This document shows positions 16,825-24,201 of a stretch of 39,985 nucleotides of DNA, one piece after another (within the stretch, counting starts at the first letter, position 1; each line of letters starts with the position of its first letter). The DNA comes from Candidatus Woesearchaeota archaeon. Lineage in GTDB: Archaea > Nanobdellota > Nanobdellia > Pacearchaeales > GW2011-AR1. The DNA is taken from positions 1-39,985 of the forward strand of contig CAZOGQ010000001.1 of the NCBI GenBank assembly GCA_964579545.1, in the 5' to 3' direction. The notes under the pieces are model-generated. The model was not told the origin of the DNA. It did not search any database and was given only the letters and a program-made list of their open reading frames with translations. A program made the position numbers and the translations under genes.

Positions 16825-18132
16825 ATGGAAAGAACTTACATTAAGGATATAAAATCAAAAATTGGAGAAGACATAGAAATTAAAGGATTTGTTCATGAAA
16901 TAAGGGATCAGAGTAAAATCAAGTTTATTATAATCAGAGATGTAACTGGGGTTATTCAATGTATTGTTAAACCAGAACAAAAAGAAGTATTTAACGAGAT
17001 TGTGAAAATTCCAAGAGAAAGTGTTTTAAAAATAACTGGAAAAGTAAAATCAAATAAACAAGCTCCTGGAGGAATTGAAATTTTAATTAGGGATTATGAA
17101 GTTCTTTCAAGAGCAGACTCGCCTCTACCAATTCCTGTTATTGAAAAAGGGCAGGAAGTTTCTTTACCAAAAAAATTAGATTATAGGTGGATTGAATTAA
17201 GAAAATCTAAAAATTTGTTAATTTTTAAAATATGGACATTTATGGAAAAAGCAATGAGAGAATATTGGGGTAAAAATAGTTATATTCAAATTTATAGTCC
17301 TAAATTTATGCCATCTCCAAGTGAAAGTGGAGCAGAGTTATTTAGTGTAAATTATTTTGGCAAAAAAGCATATTTAGCTCAGAGCCCCCAGTTTTATAAG
17401 CAAATGGCAATGGCCTCTGGATTTGAGAAAGTTTTTGAAATAGGGCCTGTTTTTAGAGCAAATCCTTCACATACAGTCAGACATGATACAGAGTTTACAA
17501 TGATAGATATGGAAATCTCATATGTTGACTCTCATGAGGATGTAATGAAAGTTGAGGAAGAATGGATTAATTATTTTATTAAAAGAATAAAAGAAGAATA
17601 TGGGGAAAAAATTAAAGAGGTTTTTGATGCTGATGTTAATATTCCTAAACTTCCTTTTCCTAGGTTAACAATGAAAGAAGCTCAAAAATTGCTTAGAAAA
17701 AAAGGGTACAAAGGGCCAAAAGATGATTTAGATGCAGAAGGAGAAAAATTGCTTTGTGAAATTATTAAAAAGAAATTTAATCATGAATTTGTTTTTGTTA
17801 CTGAGTATCCTTGGTCTGCAAGACCTTTCTATCATATGAAGAAAGAAGGAACAAATAACATTACCAAAAGTTTTGATTTAGTTTGTAAAGGAACAGAAGT
17901 TACAACAGGAGCCCAAAGAGAGCATAGATATAGGATTTTAAAAGAACAAGCTAAGGAAAAGAAAATTAATTTAAAACTTATTAAAGATTACTTGAATTTT
18001 TTTAAATATGGGTGCCCTCCACATGGTGGTTTTGCAATTAGCCCTACTAGATTCTTAATGTTATTATTAAATATAAAAAACGTTAGAGAAGTGACTTTTT
18101 TGCCGAGAGATACAGAGAGACTTACTCCGTGA
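16825..18132 (+). CDS. aspS: Aspartyl-tRNA synthetase, archaeal/eukaryal type (predicted non-discriminating)
   Basis: 435 aa. Motifs seen: 'AYLAQSPQFYKQ', 'GPVFRANPSHTVRHDTEF', 'GAQREHRY', 'GCPPHGGFAISPTR' and the C-terminal 'FLPRDTERLTP'. 'GFVHEIRD' and 'KQAPGGIEI' place His and Pro at the positions aligned to T. kodakarensis W26 and K85. Confidence 0.9.
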   Translation: MERTYIKDIKSKIGEDIEIKGFVHEIRDQSKIKFIIIRDVTGVIQCIVKPEQKEVFNEIVKIPRESVLKITGKVKSNKQAPGGIEILIRDYEVLSRADSPLPIPVIEKGQEVSLPKKLDYRWIELRKSKNLLIFKIWTFMEKAMREYWGKNSYIQIYSPKFMPSPSESGAELFSVNYFGKKAYLAQSPQFYKQMAMASGFEKVFEIGPVFRANPSHTVRHDTEFTMIDMEISYVDSHEDVMKVEEEWINYFIKRIKEEYGEKIKEVFDADVNIPKLPFPRLTMKEAQKLLRKKGYKGPKDDLDAEGEKLLCEIIKKKFNHEFVFVTEYPWSARPFYHMKKEGTNNITKSFDLVCKGTEVTTGAQREHRYRILKEQAKEKKINLKLIKDYLNFFKYGCPPHGGFAISPTRFLMLLLNIKNVREVTFLPRDTERLTP

Positions 18133-18170
18133 GTTAAAAATATTTAAGAATATTACTTTATGAGAAGAAA

Positions 18171-19568
18171 ATGGAAAACGTACACAAAACAGATTTTCGC
18201 ACACATACATGCGGCGAACTACGAAAAAAAGATATGAACAAGAAAGTCACGCTCTGTGGTTGGGCAAATACAGTAAGAGAACATGGCAAGTTAATTTTTA
18301 TTGACTTGCGTGATAGATATGGAATAACTCAGATTGTTTGTAGAGATATTGCTGAGGCGAAAAAAGTTGCTCTTGAGACAGTTATGCAAGTTAAAGGTCA
18401 GGTCAAGGAACGAAAAAAAGGAACAGAAAATAAAAATCTTACAACTGGCGAAATTGAAATTCTCGCAAATGAAATCAAAATACTTACAAAAGCAGCTAAA
18501 CTTCCTATCCAGGTAAATAAAAATGAAGCTGTTGATGAAAATACAAGACTTAAGTATAGATTTTTAGATTTAAGAAGACCAGAAATGCAAAAAGCTCTTG
18601 ACTTTAGAAATAAAGTTATTATTGCTGCTCGTGAATATTTTGAGCAGCAAGAGTTTATTGAGGTTGAAACACCTATCTTAGTTAAACCAACACCAGAAGG
18701 TGCAAGAGATTACATTGTGCCGAGCAGAGTAAACCCTGGCAAGTTTTATGCTCTTCCTCAAAGTCCACAGCTTTACAAACAGATTTTAATGATCGCTGGT
18801 TTTGACAGATATTTTCAAATAGCAAGATGTCTAAGAGATGAAGACTTAAGAGCAGACAGGCAGCCAGAACACACGCAGATTGATCTTGAAGTTTCGTTTG
18901 TAACAGGAGAAGATATTATGAAAATTGTAGAAGGAATGTATAAACATATTTTTAAAAAAGTCCTAGGCATTGAATTAAAAATACCTTTTCCACGTTTGAC
19001 ATATAAAGAAGCAATGTCAAAGTATAGAACAGACAAGCCAGATATTCGCAAGAACAAAAAAGACAAAAAAGAATACGCATTTTGTTGGATTTATGATTTT
19101 CCTCTTTTCGCTTATAATAAACAAGAAAAAAAATGGGAACCAGAACATCATATTTTCAGTTCACCAAAACAACAAGACATTAAACTTCTTGATACAGACC
19201 CAGGAAAAGTAAAAGGAGCATTATTTGATATTGTTTTGAATGGCAGTGAACTTGGCTCTGGCTCTATACGTATTAATGATCCTGAACTTCAAGAAAAAGT
19301 TATGAAAATTATTGGCTTGTCAAAAAAAGAAGCATATAAAAAATTCGGCTTTCTCTTAGATGCTTATAAATACGCTGGACCGCCACATGGGGGCATGGGA
19401 CTTGGCCTTGATAGACTTATTGCAATAATGCTTGGTTATTCTGACATAAGAGAAGTAATTGCATTTCCGCGAAATAAGGCTGCTCAAAATCCAATGGATG
19501 ATTCTCCTTCGGAGATTTCAAAACAGCAGCTTGACGAGGCACATATTTCTCTGAAAGGGAAGAAATAG
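18171..19568 (+). CDS. aspS: Aspartyl-tRNA synthetase, bacterial type, lacking the GAD insertion domain
   Basis: 465 aa. Motifs seen: 'FRTHTCGELR..VTLCGWANTVREHGKLIFIDLRDRYG', 'ALPQSPQLYKQ', 'YFQIARCLRDEDLRADRQPEHTQIDLE' and 'GPPHGGMGLGLDRL'. 'DKPDIRKNKKDKKEYAFCWIYDFPLF' replaces the usual insertion of about 130 aa. Confidence 0.9.
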   Translation: MENVHKTDFRTHTCGELRKKDMNKKVTLCGWANTVREHGKLIFIDLRDRYGITQIVCRDIAEAKKVALETVMQVKGQVKERKKGTENKNLTTGEIEILANEIKILTKAAKLPIQVNKNEAVDENTRLKYRFLDLRRPEMQKALDFRNKVIIAAREYFEQQEFIEVETPILVKPTPEGARDYIVPSRVNPGKFYALPQSPQLYKQILMIAGFDRYFQIARCLRDEDLRADRQPEHTQIDLEVSFVTGEDIMKIVEGMYKHIFKKVLGIELKIPFPRLTYKEAMSKYRTDKPDIRKNKKDKKEYAFCWIYDFPLFAYNKQEKKWEPEHHIFSSPKQQDIKLLDTDPGKVKGALFDIVLNGSELGSGSIRINDPELQEKVMKIIGLSKKEAYKKFGFLLDAYKYAGPPHGGMGLGLDRLIAIMLGYSDIREVIAFPRNKAAQNPMDDSPSEISKQQLDEAHISLKGKK

Positions 19569-19989
19569 CATATATGTTTGGGATTTAAGTACCCCTTACA
19601 ATCCAGATGCAATGGATTGGCCACAATTCCAGCACGATCCCCAACATACTGGCAATTACGGTCGTGGAGAGATACTAAAGTTATTTATAAAGTCTATGAT
19701 AAACAACACAGGTACAAAAATAATAACAGGTAGATTGTTTATAGAAGTAGGGAAGAAAGGCGAAATAAGTGGTTTAACACAGATTAAAACCATCATTGAT
19801 AAACAAATCAGTGTTTCTGCTGGCAGTTATCTTGCTCTTGATAAGGAATGGGCAACTACAGGCTATTTCACGCCGACAGAAACTGGAGAATATTCTGTTT
19901 ATGCAACTTTATTGGATGATAAAGGAAATGTAATAGAAACAACTGACGGAAAACTTGAATCAAGTTATGAGTTTGAAGTTGTTTCTTAA
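19555..19989 (+). pseudogene. 3'-terminal remnant of a beta-propeller (FG-GAP/PQQ-like) surface protein gene
   Basis: The frame is open from 19555, inside the aspS 3' end, with no start codon until 19612. It reads 'IYVWDLSTPYNPDAMDWPQFQHDPQHTGNY', a motif normally found at the edge of a large propeller protein. An Ig-like tail follows. Confidence 0.45.
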
Positions 19990-20009
19990 ATAAATCTGCC
20001 TTATTCAAA

Positions 20010-20510
20010 TTACACCCCACCACCTTTATGACTTATCTTTTTCATTAAGAACTCTCTTATATGTTCTGCTGCTTTTATACCCACTGCAGGTATATGTCCT
20101 TCTGATGTTATTCCACGTCTAGCATAGGCGTGATAACCTGCTGTTTGTATATTAATTGTTGAAAATCCAAGCATCCTTGCTAGTATGCCTCTATAAACAT
20201 CAACATTCTGAACTCTTTCATAAGGGACATTAGAATATCTTTTCCAGATTATTCCTCTTTGCAGCTTAAGATTTGTAGCTGTAAATTCATAATGCCAGTT
20301 GTTATAAGCTAATTGTGCGAAAATCTCGCTGATTCCAAAAACAAGAATTAACCAAAAAATAATTCCAATTAAAATTATTGGCCATCCAATCCCTTTTCCA
20401 CCTGCTGTTGCTGATATCAGGACAAGAATCAAGAAAATTCCAAATATTCCCAAGAAAGGGTATGCTCTTAATCTAAAGATCCATTTTGCTCCTGATTGTA
20501 ATTTTTCCAT
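20010..20510 (-). CDS. Membrane protein with bacterial-type PH domain (bPH_2 / YdbS-YdbT-like)
   Basis: It has two TM helices followed by 'YEFTATNLKLQRGIIWKRYSNVPYERVQNVDVYRGILARMLGFSTINIQTAG'. The start is trimmed to the internal 'MEKLQSG' (20510), which abuts the stop of the upstream gene. Confidence 0.7.
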   Translation of the reverse strand: MEKLQSGAKWIFRLRAYPFLGIFGIFLILVLISATAGGKGIGWPIILIGIIFWLILVFGISEIFAQLAYNNWHYEFTATNLKLQRGIIWKRYSNVPYERVQNVDVYRGILARMLGFSTINIQTAGYHAYARRGITSEGHIPAVGIKAAEHIREFLMKKISHKGGGV

Positions 20511-20511
20511 T

Positions 20512-20790
20512 TTATTTACCCCCAATTCTGATGCCACGAGAACTTCCTCCAAATCTGAGTCCCCTGATATGCCCGTATCTTGTTGCAAGTACTCCAAATA
20601 AAGCTAAAAGAAGTCCGACAACAAATAAAATTCCAGCGAGGGCATACTGTCCTACAATAAGGGAGTAAATACTTATGAGAATAAGAATAATACCAATAAT
20701 TATCATAATTGTTCCTCTAATTTTATTTCCTCTGATTCTCCATCTCTCACTAACTTCATAAGCTTTTCCTATTGTTTCTTGTACTGGCAT
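20512..20790 (-). CDS. Small two-TM membrane protein, partner of the PH-domain protein
   Basis: 92 aa with helices 'IMIIIGIILILISIYSLIV' and 'ALAGILFVVGLLLALFGVL'. It is directly upstream of 20010..20510. Confidence 0.5.
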   Translation of the reverse strand: MPVQETIGKAYEVSERWRIRGNKIRGTIMIIIGIILILISIYSLIVGQYALAGILFVVGLLLALFGVLATRYGHIRGLRFGGSSRGIRIGGK

Positions 20791-20905
20791 AAATTAATTA
20801 GATTCTGAGTATTTAAAAGCTTTTTCACCACCCTGCTTGACAGAAAAATTTATGTTTCAGAGTGCAACAATGTTTAAATATCTTAGAAATTTATAAAAAT
20901 TAACA

Positions 20906-21274
20906 ATGTCAAAAGAGAAACGATTTGGGGGACTTGCAGCAATCCTTTTTGCTGCAAGTAGTTGTCTGGGTGGTTGTAATTCTGATAATAATTCACTTAT
21001 TTTTGATAGGCCTAATACACCAATAATATCTTTTTCAGAAGATTTTTCTAAAAGACCTTATATTAAAGAAAAAGCTGGAATATATCATATTTATATTGAA
21101 CAAAAAACAAGAGGAAAAATTGAATCCCAGGAAATATATTCTACAAAAAGAGAGATAACAAAAACAGGAATTAGGCAAGGCAAAGTATATTTTACACAAC
21201 TAACTAGGGAAGGAGATGAAAGATATTTTATAATGAATTTAGATGGAACAGACAGGCAGAGAGTAAGAAACTGA
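20906..21274 (+). CDS. Small secreted/lipoprotein-like protein
   Basis: 122 aa with 'LAAILFAASSCLGGCNS' near the N-terminus. The C-terminal 'YFIMNLDGTDRQRV' resembles single beta-propeller blade motifs. Confidence 0.45.
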   Translation: MSKEKRFGGLAAILFAASSCLGGCNSDNNSLIFDRPNTPIISFSEDFSKRPYIKEKAGIYHIYIEQKTRGKIESQEIYSTKREITKTGIRQGKVYFTQLTREGDERYFIMNLDGTDRQRVRN

Positions 21275-21342
21275 AAACCAGACCCTTGCACAGGAAGATT
21301 TATAAACTATAGTTAGCTACAGTTTAGTATAGAAATCATAAA

Positions 21343-21606
21343 ATGATAACAACAATACAACTTGACAACAAAATAAAAGAAAAACTAGATCATCTAAAAG
21401 TCCACCATAGAGAAACATACAATGAAGTAATTGCTAGGTTGATAAATGGAAGTTCACCTAAAGAAATAGATAAAGATAGTTTAATTGAAACAATAGAAAT
21501 ACTTTCTGATCCAGAAACACTTAAAGATATAGCAGTAGCACTAGAAGAATATGAAAGAAAGGGCGGAAAAACATTCGAGCAAGTAGAAAAAGAGTTAGAG
21601 ATTTAA
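21343..21606 (+). CDS. Putative antitoxin of the RelE toxin at 21608..21859
   Basis: 87 aa. It has an RHH-like N-terminus 'TIQLDNKIKEKLDHLKVHHRETYNEVIARLI' and an acidic C-terminal tail. There is a 1-nt gap to the toxin gene. A 10-bp palindrome AACTATAGTT lies at 21305..21314, just after the TTTATAAA box at 21299. Confidence 0.55.
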   Translation: MITTIQLDNKIKEKLDHLKVHHRETYNEVIARLINGSSPKEIDKDSLIETIEILSDPETLKDIAVALEEYERKGGKTFEQVEKELEI

Positions 21607-21607
21607 A

Positions 21608-21859
21608 ATGTATTCTATTGAAATTCAAAGTCCTGCTGAAAAATTTCTTAAAAAATTAGATAAAAAAGAACAAAGAAGAATAATAAATAAATTAAAAGAG
21701 CTAAAGAAAAATCCAGAGATTGGAAAACCTCTTGTGGGCAAATTAGCTGGATTATGGAGTTTAAGAATAGGAATTTACAGAACAATTTATCAAATAAGAC
21801 ATTCAGAATTACTAATTCTTATTTTAAAAATAGGCCATAGAAAAAAGATTTATGGATAA
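21608..21859 (+). CDS. RelE/ParE-family type II toxin
   Basis: 83 aa with the motif 'KELKKNPEIGKPLVGKLAGLWSLRIGIYRTIYQIRHSELLILILKIGHRKKIY'. Confidence 0.75.
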   Translation: MYSIEIQSPAEKFLKKLDKKEQRRIINKLKELKKNPEIGKPLVGKLAGLWSLRIGIYRTIYQIRHSELLILILKIGHRKKIYG

Positions 21860-21889
21860 TTAAATAGCATAAAAATAAATAACATCAAA

Positions 21890-21897
21890 TTTATAAA
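21890..21897 (+). promoter_or_regulatory. TATA box (TTTATAAA), 29 nt upstream of the gatC-like ATG
   Basis: Box starts at 21890 and the ATG is at 21919. Confidence 0.5.
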
Positions 21898-21918
21898 TTC
21901 TCTTTCTTTGTTGTTTTT

Positions 21919-22182
21919 ATGGCAGATGCATTATGGCATAAAGTTAGTGAAGAGGAAAAGGAAAAAATTAGAGAGCAAGCAAAAAAAATCATGGATAATT
22001 TTGCTGCTGTTCTTGAACCTTTAGAGCATGAAACACGGGAAGTAAGAATTGAGAGACAAGAAGACACAAGACAGGAAATTAATGGAAAAGAAGCAGACCC
22101 TGAATTCAGGAAGATTATGTTTAAAAACGCAAAAAATAAAAATGGAAAACATATAATAGCTGAAAAAGGAGAGTGGGTTTGA
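21919..22182 (+). CDS. gatC: GatC-like subunit of Asp/Glu-tRNA amidotransferase (tentative)
   Basis: 87 aa. The N-terminal helix 'SEEEKEKIREQAKKIMDNFAAVLEPL' and the tail 'RQEDTRQE...MFKNAKNKNGKHIIAEKG' follow the GatC layout (R.D....NAP...G.f.vP). It leads the operon ending in gatA. Confidence 0.5.
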   Translation: MADALWHKVSEEEKEKIREQAKKIMDNFAAVLEPLEHETREVRIERQEDTRQEINGKEADPEFRKIMFKNAKNKNGKHIIAEKGEWV

Positions 22183-22189
22183 GATTAAA

Positions 22190-22603
22190 ATGTGGGAAGG
22201 AAAACTAATAATTGCATCAGGACCTGTAATAATAGAAGATGGCAAGCTATTAGTTAATAAAGATAATAAAGATGATTTTTATAAACTTCCTGGAGGAACA
22301 ATTGAAAAAGGAATTGAAGATTTAGAAGAAGCATGTCATCACGAGGTTAAAGAAGAAAATAATGCAGAAATAGAAATTATTAAACCACTAAGTCCAATGA
22401 TTCTTTGGAAAAATCCGCAAACAGAAGAAAAAATGGCTGTTGTTCTTATACATTATCTTGCCAAATTAAAAAATAAAGAAGATATAAAGGCGATTCCACC
22501 AATTCAAGAAGTAAAATGGCTTGATATAGAAGAGATTAAGCAAGAAAAACATTTTGTTGCTCCAAATATTAAATTTCTTATTGAAAAAGGAGATATAAAA
22601 TGA
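22190..22603 (+). CDS. Nudix-family hydrolase (variant Nudix box)
   Basis: 137 aa. 'GGTIEKGIEDLEEACHHEVKEENNAEI' matches GGx5Ex7REx2EExGU with R replaced by H and G replaced by N. It has an ATGA overlap with gatA. Confidence 0.7.
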   Translation: MWEGKLIIASGPVIIEDGKLLVNKDNKDDFYKLPGGTIEKGIEDLEEACHHEVKEENNAEIEIIKPLSPMILWKNPQTEEKMAVVLIHYLAKLKNKEDIKAIPPIQEVKWLDIEEIKQEKHFVAPNIKFLIEKGDIK

Positions 22604-23964
22604 ATCCACTGGAAAAACTCGGGCAAATAAAATCTGGAAAATTAACAGCAGAGCAGAACATAAAGAATTTTCTTGACAAAATTAAAAAACAAAATAAAAA
22701 ATATAATATTTTTCTTCAAATAAATGAAAATGCATTAAAGGAAGCTAAAGCTATTGACGAGAAAATTAAGAAAAAAAAGAAAGTTGGCAGATTAGTTGGC
22801 TTGGCAGTCGGAGTTAAAGCAGCCATAAATGTTAAAGGGTTGAGGGCAAGTTGTGCAAGCCTCACTTTAAAAAATTATATATCTGGATATGATGCAACTG
22901 CTGTTGCTCACATTAGGGAGGAAGACGGTATCATAATCGGGATGACAAATTGTGATGAGTTTTGTTGTGGAGCAAGCGGCGAAACATCTGCCTTTGGCCC
23001 GTGTCAAAATCCAGCTGCTCTTGGTCTTATTCCTGGAGGAACTTCAAGTGGAAGTGCTGCAGCTATAGCAGCTGGATTTTGTGATATTGCTCTTGGAAGT
23101 GATACTGGAGGCAGTATTCGAAATCCTGCTTCACATTGTGGTGTTGTAGGGGTTAAGCCTAGTTATGGTCTTGTGTCAAGATACGGATTAATTGATATGA
23201 GCATGACATTTGATCAGATTGGTCCGCTGGCAGTAGATATCGAATCAGCTGCCTTGTTGTTGGATGTTGTTAAAGGTAAGGATGAGCATGACCCAACTAC
23301 ATTTACATCTGAAAATATTAAACTTGCTGATTTGAAAAAAAACAAAATTATTATCGGTGTGCCAGACATACAGATACAAGATAAGAGAATTTCTGAATTA
23401 ATTAACAAAAAAGTTAAGGAAATAGCAAAAAAATATAAATGGCAAGTTAGAGAAATTAGATTAGAGCATATTGATTTAGCTGTTCAGGCATATTACCCAA
23501 TTGTTTATGCTGAATTTTTTTCAGGAACGCGGAAGTTTGATGGACGAAGATATGGAGAGAAAATCGAAGAAGTATGTGGACCAGAAGTTCTACGAAGAAT
23601 ACTTGGGGGTAGTGAGATAAGCAAAGCAGAGTACAAAGGGATGTATTATAGAAGAGCTCTAAGAGCTAAACAATTTATTAAAGAGCAGTTTGAGAATGCT
23701 TTTAAGTTTGTAGATTGTATAATCCTTCCGACAGTTCCGAGACTTCCACATAAACTTGGAACAAACATAACACCAGAGGAGATGTATTCTTATGATACTC
23801 TTACAGTGCCTGCAAATTTAGCTGGGTTATGTGCAATAAGCTTGCCTGCAGGCAAGCTTGATAACATACCGATTGGAATGCAAATAATATGTCCTGCCTT
23901 CGATGAGAGTAAAATGCTTTCTCTGGCAAAGGTTTTTGAAAGTAGATTAAAAAGAGGTCTGTAA
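22600..23964 (+). CDS. gatA: Amidase-signature glutamine amidotransferase subunit A
   Basis: 454 aa. Motifs seen: 'GMTNCDEFCCGASGETSAFGP' and 'GGTSSGSAAAIAAGFCDIALGSDTGGSIRNPASHCGVVGVKPSYGLVSRYGLI'. Confidence 0.9.
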   Translation: MNPLEKLGQIKSGKLTAEQNIKNFLDKIKKQNKKYNIFLQINENALKEAKAIDEKIKKKKKVGRLVGLAVGVKAAINVKGLRASCASLTLKNYISGYDATAVAHIREEDGIIIGMTNCDEFCCGASGETSAFGPCQNPAALGLIPGGTSSGSAAAIAAGFCDIALGSDTGGSIRNPASHCGVVGVKPSYGLVSRYGLIDMSMTFDQIGPLAVDIESAALLLDVVKGKDEHDPTTFTSENIKLADLKKNKIIIGVPDIQIQDKRISELINKKVKEIAKKYKWQVREIRLEHIDLAVQAYYPIVYAEFFSGTRKFDGRRYGEKIEEVCGPEVLRRILGGSEISKAEYKGMYYRRALRAKQFIKEQFENAFKFVDCIILPTVPRLPHKLGTNITPEEMYSYDTLTVPANLAGLCAISLPAGKLDNIPIGMQIICPAFDESKMLSLAKVFESRLKRGL

Positions 23965-24201
23965 AAGAACGAAATTAGGAACTTTTTGAATATATTAACA
24001 TTTAGAATTTATAGATAAGAGAAAATATAAAATTTATGAATGCGAAAAAAATGCAAAAATTACGCAATCATAATGCGAAAAATTACGAAGCTGAAGAGAA
24101 AATAGGTGGAAAAACAATTAAATACAAGCCCTTATGGAAATGGCTTTTAGAATAACTGAGATTTTTTCTGTTGTAAGGGTTTTTGAAGAAGACTAAATTT
24201 T

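Noticed and set aside
24036-24155. 39-codon ORF (MNAKKMQKLRNHNAKNYEAEEKIGGKTIKYKPLWKWLLE) with a TATA-like box 28 nt upstream and an internal 'aaaaattacg' repeat.
   Set aside because: It is too short, has no recognisable motif, and rests only on promoter spacing. It is noted as a possible small protein but not called.
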